Positions 34,791 to 45,168 of a DNA stretch of 48,052 nucleotides are shown piece by piece. The stretch covers positions 1 to 48,052 of the forward strand of contig JAGGUY010000001.1 in assembly GCA_021158265.1 (NCBI GenBank), read 5' to 3'. The stretch is from Thermoprotei archaeon (GTDB lineage: Archaea; Thermoproteota; Thermoprotei_A; EX4484-217-1). The translations under genes were made by a program, and so were the position numbers. A model generated the notes under the pieces. The model had not been told where the DNA came from, did not search any database, and saw only the letters and a program-made list of their open reading frames with translations. Within the stretch, counting starts at the first letter, position 1. The number at the start of each line of letters is the position of its first letter.

Positions 34791-36584
34791 CTATTGTTCA
34801 ACAAAAACATTTACCACACTGTTTTTCATAACATCGAATAGTCCTTTATCGAAAACTCTTAGTTCGGGAATAACTATTAACCCTAATATTGAAAGGGTCA
34901 TGTGCGGTTCGCTCAGTTTAGAACCTGCCTTTTTCGTTTCCTCAACGAGCCTATGAAGCTCTTCAGCAACTGCTTCCGCCGGTTTATCGCTTAAAATTCC
35001 GGCTACCGGAAGCTTAACTAAGGCTTTAACTGAGCCGTTTGCCACAAAGACTATTCCTCCACCTGTTTCAACTATTTTGTTTACAGCGTATGCCATGTCG
35101 TTTTCGTTCACTCCAACAACAAGTATGTTGTGGCTATCATGAGCTACTGATGAAGCTAGAGCCCCATATTTGAAACCAAATCCATGGACAAGCCCTAAAC
35201 CTACTTTTCCTTCTCCAGTGTATCGTTCAACCATAGCTATTTTCAAAACGTCTCTCTCAGCATCTGCAACAACTTCCCCATTAACCACCTTAACGTCCAT
35301 TACTAAATGTTTTGTAATTGCTTTGTTAGGAACAATGCCAATAACTCTTGCTTTAACCACTCCATTGTTTATGGGGGCTTTTAGCTTAAAATCTTCAGGT
35401 AGAATTTTTCTACGAATATTTATTGTACCGTAAAGGTACTTTGGTATTTTATACTCTTTAGGAGGTTTCCATAGGGATTTTCCATTCTCCGCTAGGAGTT
35501 TTCCTCCTACAAACACTTTCTCAATAGAAACTTTTTCGAGATTACCTAGAATTATGAAGTCTGCGAGTTTTCCTGGGGCTATTCCTCCTAGATCATCCTC
35601 TACTCTAAATCTACGTGCAACATTTATTGTCGCCATTTGGATGGCTTTTACTGGATCTAAGCCTAGCTCTATCGCTTTTCTAACAATGTAGTCCATATGT
35701 CCCTCATGGATTATATCGTAGGGGTTTCTATCGTCAGCTACGAACGTTAGCATGTGTGTGTCTATGCCGTAATCAAGTATTGCTCTGATCGTTTTATCTA
35801 GATCCCTCCATGCGCTTCCCTCCCTAAGCATTACATGCATTCCTAATCTTGCTTTCTCAACTATTTCCCATGCTTCAACACTTTCATGATCCGATGTTAT
35901 CCCTGCGGAAGCGTAAGCTACTAGATGTTTTCCTGAAAGAGCTGGAGCGTGACCATCAACTACTTTGTTTACGTTATGGGCTGAAGCGATCTTTTCGAGA
36001 ATATCGTCCCTTAAGTTTAGTAAGCCATGGAAATCCATTACCTCCCCTAAACCTATGGTTAAGGGGTTTTCTAGAAGCTCAGCTACTTCTTTAGCTCCTA
36101 AAACACCTCCTGTTGTGTCTTCAGGTGTTGCGGGAACGCATGATGGTACTTCAACGAAAATTCTTATGGGCGCCATTTTCGCTTCATTAAGAAAATATTC
36201 GATCCCTTTCTTTCCTAAGACATTAGCTATTTCATGGGGGTCTATGAAGACTCCTGTTGTCCCGTGCGGAAGAACTGCCTCTGAAAAGTGTAGGGGGGTA
36301 AGCATGCTACTCTCGATATGAATGTGGGCATCGAGAAAACCTGGAACTAAAACTTTACCCTTACAATCAATAACCTTAGTGTTAGATCCTATTGTATGTG
36401 AAGCATCAGAACCTACATAAGCTATTCTTTCACCTTTAACCGCAACATCTATTCCTTCAAGAATTTCGCCTGTGTAAACGTTAACTAAGGAAGCATCCTT
36501 AATGACAAGGTCTGCTTTATCCTTTCCCAAAGCAGTTGCTATTAATGCTCTCACAATTTCTCTGTAAAATCTTGTTACGTGCAT
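34791..36584 (-). CDS. ade: adenine deaminase
   Basis: 597 aa. PGFLDAHIHIESSMLTP and the overall two-domain length match the adenine deaminase (AdeC) family. Confidence 0.85.
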   Translation of the reverse strand: MHVTRFYREIVRALIATALGKDKADLVIKDASLVNVYTGEILEGIDVAVKGERIAYVGSDASHTIGSNTKVIDCKGKVLVPGFLDAHIHIESSMLTPLHFSEAVLPHGTTGVFIDPHEIANVLGKKGIEYFLNEAKMAPIRIFVEVPSCVPATPEDTTGGVLGAKEVAELLENPLTIGLGEVMDFHGLLNLRDDILEKIASAHNVNKVVDGHAPALSGKHLVAYASAGITSDHESVEAWEIVEKARLGMHVMLREGSAWRDLDKTIRAILDYGIDTHMLTFVADDRNPYDIIHEGHMDYIVRKAIELGLDPVKAIQMATINVARRFRVEDDLGGIAPGKLADFIILGNLEKVSIEKVFVGGKLLAENGKSLWKPPKEYKIPKYLYGTINIRRKILPEDFKLKAPINNGVVKARVIGIVPNKAITKHLVMDVKVVNGEVVADAERDVLKIAMVERYTGEGKVGLGLVHGFGFKYGALASSVAHDSHNILVVGVNENDMAYAVNKIVETGGGIVFVANGSVKALVKLPVAGILSDKPAEAVAEELHRLVEETKKAGSKLSEPHMTLSILGLIVIPELRVFDKGLFDVMKNSVVNVFVEQ

Positions 36585-36871
36585 TTCTGTAGCACCTTAG
36601 AAGGACAGATTATGTTAAGAAGTATCAATTGCTGTTCTTTTTAGACTAAATTTACCTTGCCCATATTTGAGTTTTATAGTTCATGAAACCGATGGTTTAG
36701 CTTACTGCTTAAGATAAATGCTTATTTAAAAGCTTATTGGAAAGAACAAGCATTTGAAATATTCATCTTTTAAAAATTCTCTTTAAACATGAACTTCCAA
36801 ACATTCTTAAAATGAACAATACATGGTTATTCAGCAAAATTATTTCCCATAATAGCATATCAGAAATATAG

Positions 36872-38278
36872 GTGGAAAATGCAATGGCGGACATTTACAT
36901 TCGAGGAGGTTTTATTATAACCGTTGATAGTGAACGTAGAATAATTAGAGACGGAGCAGTAGCTATAGAGAACGGAAAGATAATTGCTGTTGGTAAAAGG
37001 GAGGAGTTAGATAAGGACTTTAAAGAGCACTCTGAAAAGGTAATCGACGCGTCTAGAAAAATTGTTATGCCTGGACTTATAGATCTCCATGTTCACATGG
37101 CTCAGGCAATGATTAGGGGTATGGCACAGTATGTTAGACTTATTCCATGGCTTAAAGACTACGTTTGGCCTTTACAGGGAAATTACACTAAAGAGGATGG
37201 GAAAACAAGCGCTCTACTATGTATGATTGAAATGATAAAGTCCGGAACTACAACATTTCTCGAAGTCGGTTTATCAGGAAGATACGGTGTTGAAGGAATA
37301 GCTGAAGCATTAGAGAAAATAGGTATGAGAGGAGTTCTCGGAAGGCACGTAATGGATACTCCAGGATATGCTACCGAGGAAAATATTATCCATTCTGGTC
37401 TTGTAGAGACTAAAGAGGAAGGTATGAAGGAAGTTCTTTACATGTACCAACGCTGGCATGGTAAACACGGAAGAATATTTGTATGGTTCGCACCTAGAAC
37501 TCCGGGTGCTGTTTCCGTAGAAACTTATCGAGAAATTGTTGCTAAAGCTAAGGAGTTAGGAATAGGAATTACAATGCATTTAGCTGAAGTTAGAGAGGAT
37601 GTAGAGTACTTTAAAAAGAACTTCGGTATGAGACCAGTAGAGTTCGTTAAGTGGATAGGTATGGTTGGGTCAAACGTTGTTCTAGCACATGTCGTATGGG
37701 TTAATGATGAGGAGATAGGTATTCTAGCTAAAACAGGAACTCATGTAGCACATAACCCATCATGTAACATGAAATTAGGATCTGGACTAACACCTGTAGC
37801 TAAAATGCTTAGAGCAGGAGTTAATGTTGGATTAGGTTGTGATGGAGGACCAAGTAACGACAACTACGATATGATTGAGGAAATGAAGATAGCAGCTCTT
37901 GGACAATCACTAATAAACATGGATCCTGCAGTTATTACTGCGGAGAAAATAATAGAAATGGCTACTGTTAATGGTGCTAAAGCTCTAGGTTTAGAAAGAG
38001 AAATAGGATCAATAGAAGTAGGTAAAAAAGCAGACATAATACTCGTAGACTACTGGAAACCACACCTAATACCAATGTTTAACCCTATAACACACCTGGT
38101 ATATGCAGCCCAGGGACAGGATGTTGACACGGTAATTATAGATGGAAAAGTAGTCATGGAACATAGGAAAATACTAACCGTAGATGAAGAAAAGATTCTC
38201 GAAGAAGCTGAGAAAAGAGGATTTAACGTTATTAGAAGAGCAGGAATAAAACCAAAAATAAATTGGCCAGTAATCTAA
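36872..38278 (+). CDS. COG0402 amidohydrolase (MtaD 5'-methylthioadenosine/SAH deaminase, SsnA or guanine-deaminase-like)
   Basis: PGLIDLHVHMAQAMIRG...WL..YVWPL...EMIKSGTTTF, HLAE, HNPSCNMKLGSG and GCDG. GTG 36872 or ATG 36884 may be the start. Confidence 0.8.
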   Translation: MENAMADIYIRGGFIITVDSERRIIRDGAVAIENGKIIAVGKREELDKDFKEHSEKVIDASRKIVMPGLIDLHVHMAQAMIRGMAQYVRLIPWLKDYVWPLQGNYTKEDGKTSALLCMIEMIKSGTTTFLEVGLSGRYGVEGIAEALEKIGMRGVLGRHVMDTPGYATEENIIHSGLVETKEEGMKEVLYMYQRWHGKHGRIFVWFAPRTPGAVSVETYREIVAKAKELGIGITMHLAEVREDVEYFKKNFGMRPVEFVKWIGMVGSNVVLAHVVWVNDEEIGILAKTGTHVAHNPSCNMKLGSGLTPVAKMLRAGVNVGLGCDGGPSNDNYDMIEEMKIAALGQSLINMDPAVITAEKIIEMATVNGAKALGLEREIGSIEVGKKADIILVDYWKPHLIPMFNPITHLVYAAQGQDVDTVIIDGKVVMEHRKILTVDEEKILEEAEKRGFNVIRRAGIKPKINWPVI

Positions 38279-38281
38279 ACT

Positions 38282-39181
38282 TTACTTTAATGCTCTACCG
38301 CAGCATGGACAGAATACCCTATTACCTGTAAATTCGCAACCGCAGTAGGGGCATTTTCTTAAGCTTGTTTTAGCGAAAATGTTTCTTCTAATCCTATCAG
38401 GACTTTTCTCATATTTTTTAGCAATTATTACTGCACCTTCCATTAGAAGTACCATTGGTATGAAGAGTACGAAATCAGCTATAGGTCCTCCGTCAGGCGT
38501 TATTATTGCTGTAAGTATGAATAGGGCTACGTAGAAAATTCCTCTATTCTTAGTTATAATTGATGTATCTATAAATCCTAGTCTAACAAGAAGAACAAAG
38601 ATTACTGGGAAAGTGAAAGCTAAGCCTGTAAGTAATGTAACTACAAAAACGAGCCCATAGAAATCACTTACATATATTAGAGGTTGTGCTCCAACAATTG
38701 AATAGAAAGGTAATGATGCTCTTATTAGGAAAGGTACTAGCAAAAATAATCCGAAGAGTGAACCTACTGTGAAAAGCGCTCCAAAAGCCATTAAGTAGGG
38801 GTAGGCCATTTGTTTTTCATGGGGGTAAAGTGCGGGATCAACAAACTTATAAACTTCATAAACTATTACGGGCATGTTTATTATTACTCCTAAAATAAAG
38901 GATGATATGAGATACAGTTCTATAGGTGCCATAAACTTCATTCCTATAAGCTCTACACCTTGCGGTAAAGCATAAGCTCTTATGAAATCAAGAAGTACGG
39001 CTACAAGGGGTTTGTAGAGCATGAAAGGGTTTTCTAAGAAACTTAAGTCGCCAGGAATAATCATTAGTGCAAGTGTGGTTACTCCGACACTTATAGCTAT
39101 AACCTTTAATCTTTGCCTAAGTTCTTCCAAATGTTTTTCAACGGGCTGTTTTTCATTAGAAGAAGCCCTCTTTTCACCCAT
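38282..39181 (-). CDS. tatC: twin-arginine translocase subunit TatC with a C-terminal CxxC...CxxC zinc-ribbon tail
   Basis: 299 aa. HLEELRQRL start, six TM segments and the TPDGGPI motif. The tail is RKCPYCGCEFTGNRVFCPCCGRAL. Confidence 0.85.
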   Translation of the reverse strand: MGEKRASSNEKQPVEKHLEELRQRLKVIAISVGVTTLALMIIPGDLSFLENPFMLYKPLVAVLLDFIRAYALPQGVELIGMKFMAPIELYLISSFILGVIINMPVIVYEVYKFVDPALYPHEKQMAYPYLMAFGALFTVGSLFGLFLLVPFLIRASLPFYSIVGAQPLIYVSDFYGLVFVVTLLTGLAFTFPVIFVLLVRLGFIDTSIITKNRGIFYVALFILTAIITPDGGPIADFVLFIPMVLLMEGAVIIAKKYEKSPDRIRRNIFAKTSLRKCPYCGCEFTGNRVFCPCCGRALK

Positions 39182-39246
39182 GGAGAATCACTAGCGTATT
39201 CTTTGGAAGATTAAAAAAGTTATTTTACACTATGACTTATCTAAAC

Positions 39247-39531
39247 CTACTTTTTACTCTTAGTTTTCTCCATTATTTCCTGAAGTATTTGTTCTTTAGT
39301 TTTACCTTCTGTTTCTATACCTAAGCTCTTGGCTAGCTCAATTATTTTCTCATCGACGTTCTCCTCAGCCTTACTTTGGGGTTCCTCAAATATTCCCTTT
39401 GAAGCTTTTTCAAACTCTCTCTTAGCTTCACCTATTGCTCTAGCTAGTTGAGGCAGTTTCTGGGGACCCCAAAGTATTAGTAAACCTATAAATATTAGAA
39501 TAAGGATCCATTCCCATGATGTTATTACCAT
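39247..39531 (-). CDS. tatA: twin-arginine translocase subunit TatA/E
   Basis: 94 aa. One N-terminal TM segment followed by GPQKLPQLARAIGEAKREFEKA and an amphipathic helix. Confidence 0.8.
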   Translation of the reverse strand: MVITSWEWILILIFIGLLILWGPQKLPQLARAIGEAKREFEKASKGIFEEPQSKAEENVDEKIIELAKSLGIETEGKTKEQILQEIMEKTKSKK

Positions 39532-39649
39532 TTTTAAACTATTACCTCCCCTTATGTGCTCTAAGGCTATTTGTTAAGAAGTAGTTTATAAGTTTTTACA
39601 GAGCATATAGGGGTTAGTAAAAAAGTTTTGTTAAATATTTGTCAACATT

Positions 39650-41008
39650 TTAGCCTTTAGGTACAGGCTCTACTATACCATATACGAACCAGTCAATACT
39701 CCATAGCAGATCGTGGTCCGCTACTTCTCCAGGCTTAATCCTTACATTGCCCTCTTGGTCTATTATTCCTCCCCAGTCTGGAAACATTTCTGCCCAGAAG
39801 CTGCCGTTCCATGGATCCCAGTATTTCTGCTTTATAAGGTCTGTCTTAGATACTATAAGGTCTATTGCCCATTCCGGTACGCCTTTCTTCATAAGCTCTG
39901 TTCTCATGTCACCCCATTCCGGTGCCCAATAGTATGCTGCACCTATTCCTTTTCTCCACCCTTCAATAGTGTCTGCTCCATCACCCATTAGCCACCATAG
40001 ATCCATGCTTCTAGGTATCCCTGCTAGGTGGTATGCTAATATGTACTCGTACATTTTACCCCAATCTACTAATTGGCCCATTAGGTGGGCGTTTGGTCCA
40101 TAATCTATCATGCTGCTGTAGTGGCTGTAACTCCATACCTTCTTTCCTTGTGCTTGAAACTCTTCTGCGACCTGAAGTACTGCTGGCGAGTCTTCTGTGA
40201 ATGCGAGTACGTCCGCGTTGAACTGGTTTACTAGTGTTCTAGCGGCGTCAGCTGCTGCTGGCGGATCATACCATGAGTAGAGCCATTTAACATGTATTTC
40301 AACTTTCTTTAGGTCATCTGCTGATAGCTCTCCTCTCTTATATCTATGGTATAGGCCCTCCCAAATGCCTAGAACCCAGCTGTTAATGTGTCTTACTACT
40401 TCAGGTATGGGGTATGCTGCAACATATCCGAACTTAAGTGTTTTTGAAATTGCCCCGGCTACTACACCATTTAGGTAATATGTTTGGTAAAGTTCTGCGA
40501 AGTATGTTCCCATGTTTTCCCATCGTTTGTAGCCGGAGCAGTGCCAGAACCATATGTCTGGGTGCTTCTTTGCTGCTTCAAGGGTTGGGTCCATGTATCC
40601 GAAGCTTGTTGTAAATATTACTTTAGCTCCTTGGTCAATTAAGTTCTCTATTGCAGAGCCAACTTGTGCTTCAGGTACGCTTTCAACATATACTGTTTCT
40701 ATTTTGTCTCCGAAAACCTTCTGAACATATTCTCTACCAGCATTGTGAGCATAGGTCCATCCGTAGTCGCCTATTGGTCCAACATAGATAAATCCAACCT
40801 TTATCTTACCAGCTGCGGGAGTGGCTGTGACAGTTTTTGTTACTGTTGTTGGTGCTCCACCGGCGGTTACTGTTGTCGTTTCAGTAACTGTTTTTGTAAC
40901 CTCTTTTGCTGGTGCTGAAACGTATCCTCCTCCAAAACCGAGTGCCGCTCCAACAATAAGTCCTCCAATTAGGCCTTTAAGGAAGTCCCTCCTAGAAACT
41001 TCACCCAT
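39650..41008 (-). CDS. BMP-family (PnrA/Med-like) nucleoside ABC substrate-binding protein with a Tat signal
   Basis: N-terminus SRRDFLKG twin-arginine motif, Thr/Val-rich linker, then GFIYVGPIGDYGWTYAHN, typical of BMP lipoprotein-family binders. Confidence 0.85.
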   Translation of the reverse strand: MGEVSRRDFLKGLIGGLIVGAALGFGGGYVSAPAKEVTKTVTETTTVTAGGAPTTVTKTVTATPAAGKIKVGFIYVGPIGDYGWTYAHNAGREYVQKVFGDKIETVYVESVPEAQVGSAIENLIDQGAKVIFTTSFGYMDPTLEAAKKHPDIWFWHCSGYKRWENMGTYFAELYQTYYLNGVVAGAISKTLKFGYVAAYPIPEVVRHINSWVLGIWEGLYHRYKRGELSADDLKKVEIHVKWLYSWYDPPAAADAARTLVNQFNADVLAFTEDSPAVLQVAEEFQAQGKKVWSYSHYSSMIDYGPNAHLMGQLVDWGKMYEYILAYHLAGIPRSMDLWWLMGDGADTIEGWRKGIGAAYYWAPEWGDMRTELMKKGVPEWAIDLIVSKTDLIKQKYWDPWNGSFWAEMFPDWGGIIDQEGNVRIKPGEVADHDLLWSIDWFVYGIVEPVPKG

Positions 41009-41055
41009 ACAGAGAAACCCCCTTTTACACCATAATTTTGCCTTACATTCTTATT

Positions 41056-41075
41056 AAACCTTTGTAAAAAGGTTT
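41056..41075. promoter_or_regulatory. perfect 8-4-8 palindrome upstream of the BMP binding-protein gene
   Basis: aaaccttt-gtaa-aaaggttt lies about 50-65 nt upstream of start codon 41008. A GGGGGT SD-like element lies just before the ATG. Confidence 0.3.
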
Positions 41076-41180
41076 GCTACAGAGATTAAAAAGTCTTATT
41101 ATGAATATGTTAGTGAACACGTTAATCTTATAGTCCTTTCTCCACTTTAAGTTTAAAACAAATATATAAAAATATATGTT

Positions 41181-42152
41181 CTACTCTCTTGAGTAAGGTT
41201 TACCTAGAGCTTCTGGTGCTCCTATTCTCTTCCTTAAAGCTTCAATAGACATTATGGTTAGTATTATTATTGCTGAAATATGCGGTACAGCCTTAAGCAT
41301 AACCACAGTTGCTCCTCCAAAGTATCCTTGCAACCAGTAAAATAATGCTTCAAGTGCTCCGAAGAAGTATGCTCCTATAATTGCTCTCAGAGGATCCCAG
41401 AACGCGAAAATTACTAGTGCTATAGCTATCCATCCTCTACCTAAAATTACTGTTTCACCAGCTATTTGAGTAGCTATCTTTATTATTAAATATCCTCCTG
41501 CAACACCTGCTAAACCGCCGCCTATAATTGTTGTTATATATCTTAATCTGAAAACGTTTATTCCAGCAGCATCTGCTGCTGCTGGGTTCTCACCTACAGA
41601 TCTAATGTTTAGACCTGTTCTTGTTCTGTAAAATATGAACCATAGCAGTATTCCTAGGAATAATCCGAAATATGCCATAACATCTAAGCTGAAGAGGCTA
41701 CCTATTACTGGTATGTTGCTTAAACCTGGAATCTTTATTGAAGTAAACGCCGCCTTAATCTTAGGTATTTTGAGGAGCGCTTGCGGCCCTAGAATAACGT
41801 CTCTTGCGTATCCTCTGAAGGTAACCCCTATTCCTACTCCAAAAATGTAAATCGCTAATCCGCTTGCAAACTGGTTCAGCTTAAGAGATACTGTGGCGAA
41901 CGCATGCACTGTCGCTAAAGCTGCAGCAGCCACGAAAGCTGCTAATATGCCTAGCCAGGCATTTTCTGTAATTAGAGCAACTATAATAGCTACTGTAGCT
42001 CCTATCTCCATAAGTCCCTCTAAACCTAAGTTAACAACGCCTGCTCTTTCAGATAAGACCTCACCTAAAGTGGCTATTAGATAAACAGTACCTATTGTTA
42101 ATGCTTGTATTAGGAAGAGATTTATTAGGTCGAGATTCAACAGATATTTCAC
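41181..42152 (-). CDS. nucleoside/simple-sugar ABC transporter permease
   Basis: 323 aa, polytopic. Branched-chain/ribose-type permease pattern (GVVNLGLEGLM, RSVGENPAAADAAGINV). Confidence 0.85.
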   Translation of the reverse strand: MKYLLNLDLINLFLIQALTIGTVYLIATLGEVLSERAGVVNLGLEGLMEIGATVAIIVALITENAWLGILAAFVAAAALATVHAFATVSLKLNQFASGLAIYIFGVGIGVTFRGYARDVILGPQALLKIPKIKAAFTSIKIPGLSNIPVIGSLFSLDVMAYFGLFLGILLWFIFYRTRTGLNIRSVGENPAAADAAGINVFRLRYITTIIGGGLAGVAGGYLIIKIATQIAGETVILGRGWIAIALVIFAFWDPLRAIIGAYFFGALEALFYWLQGYFGGATVVMLKAVPHISAIIILTIMSIEALRKRIGAPEALGKPYSRE

Positions 42153-43303
42153 CTCTTAATTATTCTAACTCTGTAATGGACGAAGAAATCACCGATAACT
42201 AACAGTATAAATATTAGTCCTTCGAAACCTACTGAAACGTAATGTGATATTCTTAGCTCCTGCTGCATAACGTATGCTGATTGCGTTAGTATTCCGAAGA
42301 ATACTGAGACAAACAGTGCCGCTATAGGGTTAAGTCTTGAAAGCCATGCTGAAATTATCCCTGTATAGCCGTATCCTGGGGTTGCTATTTCGGGCGATAA
42401 TTTTAGTAGATCGGCTGTTAAGTTTACAAAGCCTCCTAGTCCAGCTATTCCTCCGCTAATGAACATTACTAGGAGTACAAGTTTTAAATAGTTGATTCCA
42501 GCATATTGTGCGGCTTTTTCACTTTCACCTACAATCCTTACTTCATATCCTAGAATGGTCTTTGTCGATAGGAACCATAATATAATTGCTATAATTATTG
42601 CCAATATCAATCCGGCATTAATGCCTATTACGGGCAATGTAGGCATTCTTGCAACTTCTGGAATGACAGGTGTCCCCTTAAATCCTGGGATAATGCTTAC
42701 ACCCTGCTCCTTAAGGTATGCTAAGTAGCGCTCTCTAAATGCCGGATTCGCCTCATTCCATGGACCGCCTGGTGAAACTAGATACCATATTATTTGTAGC
42801 GATATGAAGTTCATCATTAAAGTCACCAGTATCTCATTAACCTTCCATCTAGCCCTTAGAAACGCAGGAACCATAGCCCAAAGCCCTGCTGCTACAAAAG
42901 CTAGGAGCGCCATTAACGGCAAATATAAAGGACCAGGCAATTCAAAACCCGCCCAATACCATATCACAGGAATCATAGCCACAACAGCTCCTATCTCGAA
43001 TTGTCCTTCGCCACCAATGTTGTAGAATGCCATTCTAAACGGTAGTATTAGTGCTAATGAGGTGAACATTATCGGTATTGAAACTTCAATAGCATTACCT
43101 AACATTTCGGGATCTGTAACAACCCTACCTATTCTAGCGTAGGCCTCCATAGGGTTGATGCCTACGGCGAGAAAGATTATTCCGCCAAGCAGTATTCCTG
43201 CTATTGCGGAAACTATAGATACTAATGCAGGTATTGCTCTGGGGATTTCAAGTCTACGTTCAACCTTAATAGCATATCTTGTACCGGGGATTTTAATAGC
43301 CAT
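42149..43303 (-). CDS. nucleoside/simple-sugar ABC transporter permease
   Basis: 384 aa, polytopic. Contains FYNIGGEGQF and IVGESEKAAQYAGINY. Overlaps the downstream permease gene by 4 nt. Confidence 0.85.
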   Translation of the reverse strand: MAIKIPGTRYAIKVERRLEIPRAIPALVSIVSAIAGILLGGIIFLAVGINPMEAYARIGRVVTDPEMLGNAIEVSIPIMFTSLALILPFRMAFYNIGGEGQFEIGAVVAMIPVIWYWAGFELPGPLYLPLMALLAFVAAGLWAMVPAFLRARWKVNEILVTLMMNFISLQIIWYLVSPGGPWNEANPAFRERYLAYLKEQGVSIIPGFKGTPVIPEVARMPTLPVIGINAGLILAIIIAIILWFLSTKTILGYEVRIVGESEKAAQYAGINYLKLVLLVMFISGGIAGLGGFVNLTADLLKLSPEIATPGYGYTGIISAWLSRLNPIAALFVSVFFGILTQSAYVMQQELRISHYVSVGFEGLIFILLVIGDFFVHYRVRIIKR

Positions 43304-43322
43304 AACATCTCACCTTATAAAT

Positions 43323-44912
43323 TCATTGCGCTTTCTTTTCTGAGACTGTTTTTCTCAAAGCACCACCCATCATTAACCCTATTTCCTCAATGTTTGCTTC
43401 TTCAGCCTTAACCACGCCCATTATTTCACCATTATGAATAACGGCTATTCTGTCACTTAGCATTAGAATTTCCTCAAGATCCTCAGATATTAGAAGTACT
43501 CCTACGCCTCTATTTCTTTGCTCGATAAGAACCTTTCTAACGTATTCGGTAGCTCCAACATCAAGCCCTCTTGTCGGGTATACTGCAACTATTAATCTCG
43601 TTTTTCTTCCTGGTGTTTCAGCAAGCTCTCTTGCTAGAATAAGTCTTTGAAGGTTTCCGCCAGACAATGTTCTTGCTGGTGCGAAAATGCTTGAATACAT
43701 CATGTTTAGCTCTTTAGCTCTTTTCTTAGCGAATTCGAAAATGTATGGTAGATTAAGCACTATTTTATTTTTAACAAACGGAGGGTATCTATGATGTCTC
43801 ATTATCATGTTTTCCCATATTGTTAGATTAGGTGCTGTTCCAACGTATATTCTGCTTTCAGGGATATATGCTACTCCAAGTTCGAAAATTTTCTTAGGTG
43901 AAGTGTTTGTAACATCAACTCCCGCTATAACTACTTTACCTTTTTCTGCTTTCCTCATTCCAGTTATAACCTCAGCTAGTTCCTCTTGACCGCTTCCAGC
44001 AATGCCTGCTATTCCGAGAATTTCGCCAGGATAAACCTCTAGTGATACATTTTTAACTGCCATAACACCTTTGTCGCTTAAAGCGTAAAGTCCCTTTACT
44101 TTTAGAATCGGTTCTTCAGAAACTACTTTTCTAGGCTCCTTCTTTATCCTAAATAGGACTTCTCTACCAACCATCATTTTTGCTAAGTCAGCTAAACTTA
44201 CTTTCTTAGGGTCAACAGTTCCAACGACACGTCCCTTCCTAAGAACAGTTACTCTATCACAAAGCTCCTTTACTTCCTCTAGCTTATGAGATATGAAAAT
44301 TATCGACTTACCTTCCTCTCTCATCCTCTTTAAAGTACTGAAGAGCTCCCTTGTTTCCTGAGGGGTTAAAACTGTTGTTGGCTCATCAAGTATTAGGATG
44401 TTTGCCTTCCTAATCAACGCTTTCAAGAGCTCAACATATTGTCTTTCACCCATAGATAACTGCCATATCTTAGCTTTGGGATTAATTTTGAAACCATAGG
44501 TACTTGCTAGTTCAACTATCTTCTTTTCGGCTTCCTTCATTCTCAAAACCATTCCGAACTCTTTCAACCCCAAGATCACATTCTCAACAACCGTATGGGC
44601 CATTACCAGTTTGAAATGCTGAGGAACCATACCTATGCCTAGTTTAATAGCGTCCTTAGGTGATCTAATGTTAACCTTCCTGCCGTGAATGTAAATTTCC
44701 CCTGCATCAGCCTTATATACACCATATAGAATACTCATTAGCGTTGTTTTTCCAGCACCATTTTCTCCGAGGAGACCATGTATTTCGCCGGCTTTAACCT
44801 CAAAATCAACATGGTCTAACGCCAGAACCCCTGGGAATTGCTTAACAATGCCTTTCATCAGCACTGCTGGAGGTTTTTCTTCCGAAGCCACTGAGAAACC
44901 ACCCAGAATCAT
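43323..44912 (-). CDS. ABC transporter ATP-binding protein with duplicated ATPase domains (nucleoside/sugar type)
   Basis: 529 aa. Contains GENGAGKTT, LSMGERQ and ILILDEPT, then GIAGSGQ and LSGGNLQR. Confidence 0.9.
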   Translation of the reverse strand: MILGGFSVASEEKPPAVLMKGIVKQFPGVLALDHVDFEVKAGEIHGLLGENGAGKTTLMSILYGVYKADAGEIYIHGRKVNIRSPKDAIKLGIGMVPQHFKLVMAHTVVENVILGLKEFGMVLRMKEAEKKIVELASTYGFKINPKAKIWQLSMGERQYVELLKALIRKANILILDEPTTVLTPQETRELFSTLKRMREEGKSIIFISHKLEEVKELCDRVTVLRKGRVVGTVDPKKVSLADLAKMMVGREVLFRIKKEPRKVVSEEPILKVKGLYALSDKGVMAVKNVSLEVYPGEILGIAGIAGSGQEELAEVITGMRKAEKGKVVIAGVDVTNTSPKKIFELGVAYIPESRIYVGTAPNLTIWENMIMRHHRYPPFVKNKIVLNLPYIFEFAKKRAKELNMMYSSIFAPARTLSGGNLQRLILARELAETPGRKTRLIVAVYPTRGLDVGATEYVRKVLIEQRNRGVGVLLISEDLEEILMLSDRIAVIHNGEIMGVVKAEEANIEEIGLMMGGALRKTVSEKKAQ

Positions 44913-45168
44913 ACCTAGAAGTAATTAATTAAACTATACACTAAATCTTTAAGGCGTATATAAAAATCTTTCCAACAATCTAAGAAAAAGATTTTAAACC
45001 AACATAAACGACCTCCTTGAAATTGAACGATTAAAACCTCACTTGAAGGCTTCAGTGTGAAAATAGTAGGCAATGTTTAAATGAATAGAGAAAACATAAA
45101 TAATGAAGTAACATTGTTGATATTTTTAGTTGCAAATCCTAAGGAATATATTGCAATAAGAACTAATT

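Noticed and set aside
36585-36871. Repeated ATGAAC / TTCATGAA motifs in the divergent promoter region between the adenine deaminase and COG0402 deaminase genes, as possible operator sites.
   Set aside because: The motifs are short, AT-rich and loosely spaced. In DNA of this composition I cannot distinguish them from chance by eye, so they are not reported as a feature.
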